Made by a program: the position numbers and the translations under genes | Part shown: positions 50,934 through 64,000 of the stretch, one piece after another | Numbering within the stretch: position 1 is the stretch's first letter | How the letters are laid out: each line of letters opens with the position of its first letter | Notes under the pieces: model-generated | Database searches by the model: none | Told to the model about the DNA's origin: nothing | Seen by the model: the letters and a program-made list of their open reading frames with translations, nothing else | Source: Podarcis tiliguerta | Lineage: Eukaryota | NCBI GenBank assembly: GCA_965153285.1 | Contig: OZ229110.1 | Length of the DNA stretch: 64,000 nucleotides | Direction: 5' to 3' (one strand)

Positions 50934-53900
50934 TCCCCACCCCACTGTATTGCCCCTTGGGAGGACCACATTTCAGCCTTAAATATGTTTAGAAATATGA
51001 ATTTTAAGGCATTTCTGTTTAGAGAATGTGAGAAAATGCACCCGAAAGTATTTAAAATGTGATTAAAAACAAAAAACCAACCACCCATAGGTTAATGTAG
51101 AAATGGGATTGACTGGATTTATGAATGAAAGCGACAGGTACTTGAAACAGACAGATCCATCCATCCCTAGTTCTGGCAAGGAACAAAATCCTCTGAATTA
51201 CAGGTCATCATTGTGAAAGGACAAGTACATTCCCCCCCCCTCTAAGAGGGAGAGCCAGTTTCTCCATGTATACCAAGAAGCTTGTTTCAGCATCTACAGC
51301 TGCAGACTTTCTGCAAGGGCTTGTTGCTCTTTAGCAAGATATTCTGGATGAGTGTTCCAGTGCTGGCATGAGGGTTGGGGGTCAGGTCAAGGGAACACCC
51401 AGCCACAAATGTTTTTATATTTATTTTATTGGATGTTCACAATGGTCTTGGTGTGCAGGCTGTTAGAATTGTGCCTTTGTTGGGAATATCCAGCAGAGGC
51501 TTATGACACATGTGGAACTACCTAGCAACCGCAATAGCAATGAGTGTGTTGCCCACCTAACCTTTTGGAAACCATAAGGATGGTATTCTTCTCCCCCGCT
51601 CCCTTTTTAATGACAGAAAGAGAAAGCCAAGTGTTGTCTTATTTTACTATCCTTTATTATTTAGACCAGGAGGCCTCCTCTACAAAACAAGGGGCCTGGT
51701 TCTCCAAAAATATGGTTCTGCAAAGAAAACGTTCCTACCTCGTAGACATCAGTGATGATGAAATCACACTGGCTTAGTAGTAATAGTAGTAGCAGTAGTA
51801 GTAATATTTTTCCCATCCTTTTTTGGTGTGTTTTATCAGGTTTTATTATAAAATATGTCTGCTCCATGAGTTTTAAACATCTCCAAACACAATAGGAAGG
51901 AGGTGGCAGCTGAGTCTAGCTGGACTGCCACCTTCACTGCTAGGAAAGAAGTTGTCTACAGTGTAGTCATATATTTTTTTTCACCTTTTTTCTGTTTGCA
52001 CACACTATGTTAGATGGTTATCATCACATGAAGAAGAGATACCTGAACAAGATACAGCTAAGAGCTCTAGAATTAAAAATGAATACACAACTCTCCAAAT
52101 TCCAATTGTACAAAAGAAACCGCTTCTGGTTTGGGGGGAGTGGTGGTAGGCGAGGGGGCAGGAAATACTTCACAGGGAGGCTGGCTGGAGCAGTGGCTCA
52201 GTTTGCCAATGGTGGTAAGAATACTTTGCGTGTCAGTAGTAGCACCTCTAATCAAAGGCTATCCTAGCATTAGGGGATCAGTCTGAACTACGTTTACACA
52301 GACTGATGAACTTTCTGCCCCGTGACATCAACGGAGACATCTTGTGCAATGCCGCTTTATTTAACACGTACAAGGCCCTGATTTTGAAAGCCTCACACCA
52401 TCCCCTTGTGAGGTAGGGAAGCATTATTATCACCATTGTACAGTAGGTGGGCAAACTGAGGCCATGAGAAGTTTGCGTACTAACCCAGAAAGTTGCTCCA
52501 TGACAGAGATAGAAAGAGAATCCAACCATCCCGGTGCTTTGTGTATTTATCTGTATCTCTACACACAAACACACATTGCTTCCCGTCAATTTGTATGGCT
52601 CCAGTTCTCTACCAAGCCACTCACCAAGCCACCCCGGTTGTCAGCCAATCAGTGCCACCATTGCTGCCGGTCAGCAATGTGAAACGAGGTTACTTCTGTT
52701 TCCTGTCGTGTGCTACCAGATTTATCAATCTTGAACTTGTCTGTTTTTTAAAAAAAGTGAAGCCAAGAATGTTTTATGGTGATTGATTGGATTTGACAAG
52801 ATTGTCCGGCACTTGAGATGACTTCCCTCACTGGCGAGCTCTTTTGCATAAAGCGTGCACCTATCATCAGTTTACATACATCCTGAAGTCTCATCGGCTA
52901 TCTACTGACGGCAGAATTGAAGAGCAAGAAGTAACTCTGACGCCATTGCAGCCATTCATTCCTGCCAGATCCACATGAGCCTTGAAAGTGAAGCTGCACA
53001 ATTCATGGAATGCAGGTATGTTGACAAAAAAGGACCCTCTCCAGTTGCTGGTGAGATGCCACAATGTCCCTGGTTTTTCTCTGCTTTCCACCCACCAATG
53101 ATGTGAAGGCTTAGTGAAATGCACACAGTGACATCCTAACACAGAGTAAATACATGATACTGAATGCTGCTGGGGAGAGGAGAATGCTGCATGTAGCTTT
53201 TTGTTCTACTTTGAGGCTGATGTGGTAGAAATGAACAGGTGCCAGACTTCAAAGGTCACTCTTGCTCTTTAATCCAAGAAGCTCACCTCACCTCATGATC
53301 ATTAACAAACAAGACAAGAACAATAGTAAGAAAGGACCCTGCAATGCCAGCTTTATTGTCTCTGTTTTGGATATGAAAGTTAATAAGCTTGTGGAGTTCT
53401 GCTAACTTCCTGGTGTTTACCTTGCAAGCATGAGGTAAAACTAGAAAGGTATCTGGTGGCTCCACAGCTTTCCCATTCTGGCTTGTGTTTGGATAAAGAG
53501 GAGGGAATATAATTTCACTGTAATGTTAGGCTGGGGGCAGAGGCGAAAACAGGATATTGGCACAGGTGCTCAGTACAAGGCTAAAATCTCTTTTAAAAAT
53601 AATTCTAGTCTGCTAATCATAAAAAGCATCATAGCAGTTTATGGAAGTAAAAGCATCAGTCAGCGCCACCAAAGTAGTACAATCAAAGCCAATATAAAAT
53701 CTGGCTTGTAGAGTAGGTGGGTGGGAAGCTTCTCCCAGTATAAAATTATTTGGTTTCTGTGTGATAGGCATAATGACAATCTGGGAGAAGCCAGTGTTAC
53801 TAGAAAACTGGACTCTTGCATCAAAATGGGGAACTATTATATATGTCCTTTCAGATCCGTCACTGCTTATATCAGGCCTGCGCTGCCTGGGATCCAGCAG

Positions 53901-55004
53901 GCCAAATACCAGCAATGGATGCCACACGAGGTGCACAATACATCTCCTGGCTGCTTGGGACTGTAAAAGCAAAGTCAAGAGTTGGTCAGTGGGTTATCTG
54001 ACACGTCACCTTCAAGGCTACTGAGCTGTGTTCTGCTTGACAAGTTAAAAGTTGTGCACATCTAATATAGAATTTTTTTCAACCTGTTTTTTAAGAACGA
54101 GGAGTGAATTTCTCAGGATTACTCAGCTGCCTAAAATGCCAAGTAAGCTTTTGCTTATATGGAAAGCCAGTCATCCAGCCATCTTATCTGCTATTATGGT
54201 CATTGTGTGACTTCCTCCCCCATTAATAAAGCACTTGCCACCCATAATTGTCAGTGTCCTGTTTCCGTTGCTGCTTATACTTTCCAGTGATAATCACAGT
54301 GCAGAATCTGTAATGTCACCAAGGATCTGTAATGTCATGACGAACTAGATAATGACGCTTGTGAGCTTCTCGTGATGTGGAAGATCCAAATTCAGTTTGT
54401 TGTGATTTGTACAGCCCTGCAATTTGTGACTATTTGGGGCAAGCCAAGTGTACATGAAAACACCAGCAATTCCCAACTGCTTTGTGAATTTTAGACTGGG
54501 ACAGAGGAGGATTTTCTTCCCGATAAAAGCACTTTAGCGCTTCAATCCAAGAAAGGGAATAATGGTTCGTGATTTTGATGGCCTTTTTCTCACACTTAAT
54601 AACAAAACACAAAAACTGATGCCCTTTTGTGGATCGCCTGTTAAAACCTTTACAAAAGATGGCATCAAAATTAAATTGGGCACAATTCACTAACATTAGA
54701 AGAAGTCATTAATAAATAATAAACATTATTAATAAATAGCTTGATGGACTTAACAATTATTTTACTGAAGACTTATTAGGAAGCAGCTGAGAAAAAGGTT
54801 CTCACATTGTCTTGGAACAGAGAGCTGATAAAATACTGAAATAGGATGTCATGTATTTCCCAGTTTGCTTTGGCATTAAAAACCCCATTGTTTCTGATAT
54901 CCCACTATTATTATTATTATTTTTGCATCTGATTGGCTGACAGCTGTACAAGAGGGGGCACAAAAATAAAAAAGCAGGCCCCTCTCATTTCAATACAATT
55001 TGGT

Positions 55005-55010
55005 TTTATT
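55005..55010 (-). terminator. Candidate SYT7 poly(A) signal (second candidate at 53352-53357)
   Basis: Minus-strand AATAAA followed by U-rich downstream sequence at both sites. Confidence 0.45.
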
Positions 55011-56664
55011 TCTCCATTAAGACATTACCTATTAAACAAACGTCAATTGCTAAATCATGTCTCACTCTCTCTCCTTCTGCCCTCTTCCTCAACAATGGGA
55101 TAATAAAGAAACATATAAAAACCTCCTTGGGGCTCTTTGATTTTTAAAAAGCCTGCCCAGCTGAGTGGATGCCAAGAAATGCCATGAGGGGAAAAGAAGA
55201 AGAAAGAAAGCCAAACCCCAACTCATTTTCTATAAGAGCCCTGATTTCCCCCCAAGTTTTCCCCAACTAACTGGGGTTTTTCTCCTATTCCTGCAAGCCT
55301 CATTTATTTCCAGCAGTGTATTGTTACATGTATAAAAATGTGCCTACCAGAAATATCATTTAGGCATCTGTACATCATATAGAAAAAAAATACTGTAACA
55401 CACTGACTAACTCAACAAAATAAAACACCCTTAAATTCCACCCCCCCCCCCAACTATTATACATATTATGACAGTCAACCTGCTCAAGGATAGCCTGAGA
55501 GAACAGACCCATTGGTTAACTGCTTGGAGGAAGAAGCTGAATGCCCTATTTTATTTGATTTTAAGTGCTGGAAGTTTGGCTCACACTCCACAGGATTAAT
55601 GACCCAGGACAGAAGGAAGGTATTGAATGCCCTATTGGAGCTTTCCTCTGTACAATGGCCTGGCTGGGCAAGTACAAAGCTCTGGAGGAGAAAGGAGCTT
55701 TCATAATCTATCCACTGGTGGACAGATCCCTCCTATTCGACTCAAGTAGTATTCAGTGGCAATGTGCTGCCTAAAAAGATGGCTGCGTAAAAGAGCTTCA
55801 ACTAAGCAGGGTTGTGAAGTTCATTATCTGGAGGGCTCGTGGCAAGGGAAGAGCTCGTGAAGACTTTTCAGTAGGACTGAAGAAGGTCAGAAGAGGGGAA
55901 ATTGGTAAGTCAGTCTGTAGCATAACACGTGAGGATCTGAGCAATTGGAGGAGAGTGAAAGAAGGTGGGCAGAGTGTGTGGGTTGGATTCAAGCCCCTAC
56001 TCAAAGTAGACCCATTGAACTCAATAAGCCCATGTTATCCTTGTCTCTTAACATCAGTAGGCCTATTCTGCGCAGGACCAGCATTGAATACCATGCCAGG
56101 CGCATACAGGGCAATAGTGGGAAGCTGGGGTGTGTAAGAATTGATGCGAAGGGGCAGCAGAGCATGCTAGGTTTTAGGAGGAGCAGATAAGTAGGACTGT
56201 TCAGGTAGATTTGCCTGGAAAGAGGTTGGAGGCAGGGACAGCTTCTCATCCCAGTTTTCCAAACAAATATTAGTATGCAAGTGCTACTCATGTCACGGCA
56301 ATTTTGCATAAAATCCACACTTGGGGGCCTAGCTTATGCCACAGCTGCTATTCCATAGCTTGGGAACCCCAAGAATCCTGCTATCCATTTGCCCACCTGT
56401 GTCTGCATTTTCCTGCCAATCCAAATGGCCTCTATCCACTCTACTGCCTTTCTACTACCATCCAGTAATCACTTGGAGAATGCACAATTTAGTTTTGGTG
56501 GCAAAACAGTCCAGCGCTCCTGACAGTATCAGTCATCCTGAAACATTCCTGTCACTTTGCATATAAGAGTGTTGCGCTGGCTGTTAAACCAGCAGTCAAT
56601 TGGGTCTTTCATGACTCAAGTTGAGCCAGTGATAGCCCAGTGATGCAGTGTTAATAGAACACGA

Positions 56665-56678
56665 GTGCCACCTAGTGG
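56665..56678 (-). promoter_or_regulatory. CTCF-like motif
   Basis: Minus strand CCACTAGGTGGCAC fits the CTCF core CCAC/T-AG-G/A-G/T-GGC. Confidence 0.45.
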
Positions 56679-57283
56679 GTACTTTTAAGCATGCTTGCAT
56701 CTTCCTGGCTTTTATTTCTCATCTGCCATGGTACTTGGAGCAGAAGGCTTTACATTATGATTGCTGTCGGTAACAGTCAGCCTCATATATATCATTTCAA
56801 GGCTTAGGAGTTCATATCAGATGGGCAATTTTGTAGACTGGGAAACTGCAGCCACCCAACAATCTCTCATTGGATGGAATGATAGCTACCTTTGTGCTAA
56901 GCAAGGGGTAAGTGAAAGGCCTGTGACCTGGACAGCCAGAGCAAAAAACCGAAATAATGCTTGGCTGGTAAACAGCCCACTTGGCCCTCACATTAGAAGC
57001 AAATAGGGTTGTATCCAGTGCTCATTCTATGCAGAGTAGGCTTAAGTTAGCCATGGCCATTAATTTCAATTGATCTATTCTGAGTAGAAATAACACTGGA
57101 AACAAGTCAAAATCCTCTGGAAGCAGCTGACAAAAATGACAAGGCCAGGGAAAGAAAAATATCATTAGGACCCTATCCCAGCAGCATTGATAGAACCTTT
57201 TGCATGCAGAGATGGCTTAAGAAAGGTTGGCGCTAGGGGCAGAGAATCCAAATGTTACCACCCCTTGTAGTAAAAATATAGTA

Positions 57284-57517
57284 CAGTGGTACTTCTGGTT
57301 ACAAACCCTTCAGGTTCCAAACACTTCTGGTTACAAACTCCACTAACCCGGAAGTAGTTGCTCCAGGTTGCGAACTTTGCCCCAGGATGAGAATCAAAAT
57401 CGGGCGGCGGCAGCAGCAGGAGGCCCCATTAGCGAAAGTGTGCCTAAGGTTAAGAACGGTTTCGGGTTAAGAACGGACCTCCAGAACGAATTAAGTTCAT
57501 AACCCGAGGTACCACTG
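57284..57517. mobile_element. Tc1/mariner-type MITE, copy 4 (more diverged)
   Basis: TA-CAGTGGTACTTC...GAGGTACCACTG-TA. Confidence 0.85.
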
Positions 57518-58291
57518 TATTATATTAAATAGCACTTCATATAATAATAGAATAGAATTATATTAAACAACAGTTTCTCCCTGCCTTTAAGGACTGTGTC
57601 TTTCAAATAAGTTAATAGGAGTAATTTTGAGTCTAGCTGAACAGGATGTTTCAACATGCTTCTTATATTAGGTATCATTTCCTGCTGGTATTGTTTTTGC
57701 TTCAGGGCAGTTCCACAAATAGTGAATTAAATATGCTGTAACTGAGCTGCATTTCCAACAGTCATCATTACTGGTATCATAAATTCTAGCTATTCTAAGT
57801 GGGGTTAAATGCCACATTGACCGTAATTCCTCTGAATTGCCTATATATTTCTAGGTGTCTCTTGAGATAGTTACCCCAATCACTGCTTCCCATAACACAA
57901 TCTATCTTGTCCCATATGAGTAATCATTTGATATATATGAGGTCTTTTCATTTCCATATTCATTTTTCAAAGTTATCTGCCTAAATCTATAAATTCTCAG
58001 CTGACTGTTTAAGAAGAATGTGAAAATATCTATATCCACATGAATCCTGTTTTCCTTAAGCTGTCCCTCATTTCAGCAATGGGCTTTCACTTGATTGTAA
58101 GAGGTCAGAAAATGTCTCAGTTCCAGCTTTCTGTCAATTAGAGAACAGGCTTGCAATGCCATTTTTGTTAAAACTGTGGATGAAATAAAGTGGAGTCAGC
58201 TGGGGAGACTGATGGGCAAAGCAGGAGAGATAAAGGAACTCAGAAATGTTTCTTACTACTTTGATGTTCAAATTGAGAGAGAAGAAGATCG

Positions 58292-58948
58292 ATCTCCAGA
58301 ACAGTCTGCCAACCAAGGGAGCTGAACACACACCTTTTGGGCATTGGCATGGAAGTGTACCAAACATATCACACAAACCTGTGTTTGGCAGTATTGCCTA
58401 TGCCTCTGTACCCATGGAGAACAGGGACAAGTTAAGACTCCAGAGAGGAACAGGCAATTATGTTTGGATATGGTATTGGAGGCAGATATTACAAAGTGAT
58501 GAACTTGAATACTGGAAAGGTCAGCACAAGACATGCGGTTCATTTTGATGAGCACAGGAAAGCTGACAAGAGATAGATTTTTCTGAGGAGTCAGAGGAAG
58601 AAACACAAGCCCACAAGTACTTTCCTGAATTGATGTCCAGATCTGTTTTCTACTGTCACACCACTTAGCACAAATGATGAGCAGCAAGGAGAAGCAGAGG
58701 AGTAGAGTCCAAGCAGCAGCGCTCCCACAGGGGAGGAGACTGATGATGAGATTCCTGCACTTGGTGATGAGGAAGATGATGTGACTCCAGAGACAGAGAT
58801 CAGGTGCTCATGGAGACCCAAGAAAGCTATTCCAACGCCGCAACTGCCCTCCATCACAAGTCGGCATCACCCCATGAAACCTTCCACCTGGGAAGAGATG
58901 GAGCAGGTGGCAGGCGCTGAAGCCCGTCTATGGAAGGAAGGTGCATGG
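58292..58948 (+). mobile_element. Degenerate Ty1/copia pol internal fragment (integrase C-terminus, linker, start of RT region), no LTRs
   Basis: LQNSLPTKGAEHTPFGHWHGSVPNISHKPVFGSIAYASVPMENRDKL, then a frameshift near 58434 to DSREEQAIMFGYGIGGRYYKVMNLNTGKVSTRHAVHFDE, an acidic linker, then KPSTWEEMEQVAGAEARLWKEGA. This is the copia order TPxExW..PxxSH..VFG...KLD...FxGY...VxFDE...EPxT...W. Confidence 0.85.
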
Positions 58949-61808
58949 AGATCGCAAAAGTATGCAGAGGTTTTTGCATCTGTAGTGAGATGCACCATTA
59001 GACTGCTTTTGAAGGTAGCAGCTTCTAAACAAATGGAGGTGAAACATATTCAAACTGGCCATTTTCCTACGTTGGAAGACAGAGCTGTTTATGTTACATG
59101 ACACGTCCTGCCCCCTTCGCAACTAGCTTGCTGCCTCTGGTATGGTGAAGGACACTGTCCAATCCCAGGTGCTGAATTAAGACTCAGCCGCGGCTAGAGG
59201 GAAGTCGAGGGATCTGAGTAACCCCAAAATGTGGATTTAATATTGTGTGGACATGTTTTATTTTCTATTTTCTTTTTGTGTGTGTGTGGTTTATTCTTTT
59301 ATACTTATGTGATGATAATGTTTAGTTGTGAATATATATATATATAAAAGACTCAGCCACTGGACTAGTCAGCGTCTGGATGTTGAATGCAGGGAGCTGC
59401 CATCTTGTCCTATGCCTCAGGCAACAAACTGTCCTGCGCCAGCCCTGCACACCTTCACCTAGGACACCTCGAAGCCAAAATGAATTGTCTTACGAGTGGT
59501 TTTTGCTCTGTCGAATAGCTGCCGCAAGTATTTCAATATGCGTTCAGACTGAGGCTCCCTCTCCACAAAACCATTCTGCCTTATCTACCCCAGCATCATT
59601 TCCCCCTTGCAGCTTGAGCCTTGGAAATGGCAAATGGATTATATGAATGGTTTGTCACATTCACATCACTGCTCACCTCCTACGCACAGAAGGTCTGCAG
59701 CGTAGTGCAAGACTGACCTGCATGCTCCTACTGAATCATGCAGATGACCCTTTTCGATGGCACATTCTAGCCTTTGAGGTGGGGAGAAGAAAAGCTGTGC
59801 AGAGTGCTTGTGAGCAGTGGCCTGGAGAACTGGCTTGACTTGCTTTTCGATTATTGCTTCTCCACAGGATGCAATGGGTTAGGACACCTGTCAATATATT
59901 CAAAAGATTAGCCCAAAAGTGTTTCCCAAGTAACTGAAATAAAACATGTTGCCTTTAACACATTCAAAAATGGTTGTGCAGATTAATCCTTGTTCTCCGC
60001 TTGCAAGAAAAATGTAGGAAGACTGAGATAAAGATCCAGAGAAGCACTGGAATCAGACACAAATCTTTCTTGTCAGTGCCCCTTAGTCCCTGCTCTCACC
60101 TATGAAGCCTTGAGATGGTCTCTTTGCCATTTTGACCGAATGTCTAGGAGAGTTGACTTTTCCCTGGTACCCTATCAGGCAATGAAGAATAAAAAGCAGA
60201 GAAGAGATGAAACATTTCATCAAAGACAAATAGAAACCCAAGATTTAAGTTGGAGTTACTGCGTGGACAACCCAAGACTTTTAACTAGGGTTGTTTTGCT
60301 ATCATAAGGTCAATTCCTCAACGCCACTTCCGGGAAGTACTGGTTTCGCCGAAAAATCACATCCATCTACATCATGGGCACTAATCTTCTTGATGCAACC
60401 TATATTTGGGGTGTGTGAATGCAAATGAGAGAAGTCAGTTTCTAGGCAAACTCTTTTAACATAGATGCAGAAAGGTACAGAAAGTAGGTGGCTAATTAAC
60501 TAGAAATTGCACAGGTGTGTGTTTGCTGGTTTCCAAGGGAAGGGCTGCAGACTGAGTGAAAACAAGCTTTGGAATCCAAGAGAGACTGTGGTGGGTTAGG
60601 GTGCATGTGGCTGGCTGAGGGGAGGAGAGAAAATGGGGAGGCATCATTAGAGTAGGATGGTTGCTTGGGGCCATGTGTGACAAGCACATTGGGATGTTGA
60701 GAGGGGTCAGTTTGAATGGCTCCTGCCTTGCCCCCCCCCCAAAAAAAAATTCAGGACTGCTCAGTATGTCTCCTTTGCCTCTGCCAAACAAAAAGGGCAA
60801 TTAAAAGTTAGGCTCTCCCTAGTGTTACAACCACACACACTCTAGCTTGTGGCATGTGTTTCATGGCTTCCAGCATGGTTAAGAAAATGGCCTCCTTGCC
60901 TCTCTTTCCTCTCTCCTCTCAATCAAAAGCTCCAAAATCTGTTGCTCCCCTCCTTTTCCACATGGCATAAGCTTCCCCTCAATTCCTGCTGGGCAGTGAA
61001 TCAAGCCCCTCAGAGAAACAAATTGTCTAGGGCTGAGCGAGAGAAAGAGAACACAAGTGACACACGAATGCCCTGCACGCATAGTTACAACACACAACAC
61101 ACACACACACAGGGGGGCTAGGGGAGCTCCGTGGCTCCTCTCCCCTTTGCAGAGAGGCCTGGCTAGGAAAAGGTCTAGCCAGCATTATTATTTATATTAT
61201 TCTTATTACTCTTACAAGTTTTATTGAATGATAACGAAACCACCTCATGGAAACAGAGCAAGTGATCTCCTTGCAGTGCCCCCTCTCAGGCCAGTGCAGC
61301 CGCTGGATGGGGTTAGCTTTCTTATGGCGGAGTAGGGTGCCATCCCAATGGGCCTTTGGCTGGAAGAACTCATAGGAAGTCTTGTATGGCAGTAGCGGAC
61401 CCCTCTCCTCCCATTGTGCCATTGCTACACTGTGAATCCAAACAAATCAGTGCTGAGGCCACCTTCAGCTGGAGGGCTGCTCTGCTCTGGTCTCTCTCTC
61501 TTTCTCTCTCTCTCTCGTTCTTTCTACATAAGGAGTCTGATGGAAAGGCTAAAGCAGGAGGTTGGGTATTAATGGTGCTCCTTGTGATGCTCTGCGCTGC
61601 TGAGCCAGCACATTGGGCACCGATACCACTTTCCCAGAGTTTAGTACATGTTTCAGGTTCGCTTCCTTAGCCTGTGGTCATTCCCAAGCTTTTCCCCCCT
61701 GGGGGAGACCAGGGTGCAGCCGTTGTGCATAAAGTAGTAGTGAGAGTGTGGCCAGTAAATGTTGACTTGGTGCACTGAAACCCAGAGCGAGTCCTCGGCT
61801 CCTGCCTC

Positions 61809-61913
61809 TCAGGCCTTCAGCTGGTGCCACTGTGCCACAGCCTGCCGGGGGTGTGAAATCATATCCTTCCAGTGCTTCACTTCGCCTGGGCCACTCTTCC
61901 ATGACAGGTAGAT
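61809..61913 (-). CDS. SYT7: SYT7 last coding exon (end of C2B domain)
   Basis: Minus strand ccccctag|ATC TAC CTG TCA TGG ... = [34 protein letters not shown], matching the recalled synaptotagmin-7 C-terminus with its WHxL motif. Upstream exons lie beyond the window. Confidence 0.96.
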   Translation of the reverse strand: MYLSWKSGPGEVKHWKDMISHPRQAVAQWHQLKA

Positions 61914-64000
61914 CTAGGGGGGATGAGGAAACAAATCACACAGGTCAGAAAGCAGGAGGAGTGACCTTCGTTCAAGACTTGTCTCCAATGGAAACCTCCT
62001 GGTTGCAACTCCTCCATCAAACGCTGGTTCCACTTGACCCTCTGGTCCTTTATTTCCCCGCCCCCCTTTTGGTTTCCCCTCTGCCCTTTTAAAGCTTTAC
62101 CAGTCACAACTTCCCCTACCTCCACTGCAACCCTCCTTCTTCCCACACCCTCCACATTCCTCCCATGTCTGTCTTCCACATTTATCTTTGTTCAGCCTGC
62201 TCATTTACATCACATCCAATCCCTCCAACCTTAAGGGTTAAACTTGAGCAAGCATTTTTTTAATGTCTGTCACCCATTCATATATAAATTGGGCGTGTAT
62301 GTCCATTTTTTTTACATCATCAAGGATGTATAGGTAAGGAGACCTGAACCCAGCAAGCACCTAACCATCTCAAGATCTGTCACTGGAGCTCCTAGCCCAG
62401 CTCCGGTGTTGGAAGTAAGCCAGGCTGAGGGAACGCATCTGGGGCGATGAACCATGGGGAGGTAAGACTGGGAAGGTTTCAGCTGACATTAGCATTAGAC
62501 CCTCACACATTGCTTTCTACATGAACAAACAGGGCAGCTCTTGCCACATTTTGCTTGGCCCTGTGTCCGACCTGGAGCTGTGTATATTGGCATACAGGGA
62601 TTCCTAATGTAAAGGGGCACAATGCATGAAGAATGGAGGATAGACAATGAAGAGTGCAGAAGTCACCCAGACCACATGGGCTGCGTGGAGGTTTACATTT
62701 ATAGCTATCTAGCAAGGGCCGATTCACTCAGGCATTTCCCTAATGTTTTTCTTTGTGTAATTGCTCTCAAGAGCCCTGTGATCATACTCAGCAGCAATTT
62801 CTATAATCACAGCTGCAGTTTTTTGGACCATCCATGATCATAGAAATTGCTTGCTTGTGTGCACTGGTGCCATTTCACGTATTTCCTTTCTTTGGTGTGC
62901 AGAAACATATTTGGGCGTGTTTGCATGAAGGAAAGTGGGGGTGGGGTGGGGGTGGGATGCCTGTATAAACGGCCTCTGTGATTCTTTGGTATGCAATATT
63001 TCAATAGGAGACTCCATGCCCTATCACAGTATTGGTGGCTTGCCATGTATTTTGTGCTGGTGATGGTTGAGAAGGGTACACATCATCAGGGTGTTGCTGT
63101 GTACTTAAGGAACCTGGGGCACACGCCCATGAAGCAAGCACGTGCATTCTGATGTAATTGTCTAGATATCTCTGGGCAATGTAAGGTGGTGGGTAGCTAG
63201 GGATTCACCAACACTGTGCGCCCAGCAGCCCTATAAGCAAAGTTTAAAAGGAATAATTCAATTTCAACAACGGGAGGGAAAGGGATAGAAGAGCAGAGGC
63301 TCATTGTGAAAGATACAGGCAGAGGTGGCCCTACCATGAGGCAGAGTGAGGCAGTTGCCTCAGGCAGCAGATACTGAGGGGCGGGGAGTGTGCCGCATGT
63401 CCTGCCCTGCTGTAGTCTTATTGCGTTCAGGGGCAGTGGGAGGTGCTGTCCCTTAACCAGTGTCTACCAGTCTGGTTGGCTTTTGTACATGAAATGGGGA
63501 GAGGTGCCATCATGCATTTTGCCTTAGGCAGCAAAATGTCTTGGGCTGGCTCTGAAGCCAGTGCTTCAGCCCCTACACATTACTCCCTTAGCACTGCTCT
63601 CTTTTCTCCACAGCTGAGACTATTGCTAGGAACAGGAGCTGCCTCACACTAAACAACCGGACGATCCCTCTAGACCTGGATTGCTACTGATCACTGTCGG
63701 TGGTTCTCAGGCCTGCTACTTGGTAACCTTTGCATTACTGGTGCTACTAGAGACTGAATCCGAGGCCTTTGAAGTGCCTGAGAATGAAGGCTGAGAGAAT
63801 GAAGGCATGCAAGGTACAAGGAACTGGGTGCTCAGAGGGCTGTAAAAGAAGATCTAACACAGGGGTGGCGATACCTGTAACCTTCCAGATGTTCTTAGAC
63901 TACAGCTCCCATCACTGGTCATGCTGGTTGGGGCTAATGGGAGTCCAACAGCCTTTGGAGGGCCACAGGTTTTCCCACCCTATACCTATTGGTAGGACCA

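Noticed and set aside
38300-57200. Many 60-130 aa ORFs between LRRC10B and SYT7
   Set aside because: No recognisable homology or consistent splice-phase chain; several derive from microsatellites or repeats.
61914-64000. Search for the penultimate SYT7 exon
   Set aside because: The expected C2B sequence (DPYVKVWL...NDVIGK) was not found; the region is intron with short repeats.

Overview
Vertebrate genomic DNA, most likely a lacertid lizard, judged from a full-length Sauria SINE and squamate-type CR1/L2/L1/MITE repeats. Five genes can be reconstructed by splicing, in the same order and orientation as human 11q12. (1) The 5' end of CPSF7 (-), first coding exon MSEGVDLIDIYADEEFNQ, head-to-head with (2) a complete 4-exon SDHAF2 (+, 155 aa) on a shared CpG-island promoter. 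(3) A complete PPP1R32/SAXO4 (+, 12 coding exons, about 424 aa). (4) An intronless LRRC10B (+, 294 aa) on a second CpG island. (5) The last coding exon of SYT7 (-) with a probably very long 3' UTR. The rest is intron or intergenic DNA with many transposon relics, some young with perfect target-site duplications. I cannot establish a new biological system here. The best second-look items are: a uORF whose stop overlaps one LRRC10B start codon and sits 2 nt before the myristoylation-type MG start; paired RFX X-boxes upstream of both PPP1R32 and LRRC10B; an LTR-less Ty1/copia internal fragment with 6-bp direct repeats inside the presumed SYT7 3' UTR; a perfect 43-bp-arm hairpin in a PPP1R32 intron; and a splice donor directly after the PPP1R32 stop codon. 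Gene identities rest on recalled human protein sequences, not database searches. Repeat family names and boundaries are approximate unless a TSD or TIR is quoted.
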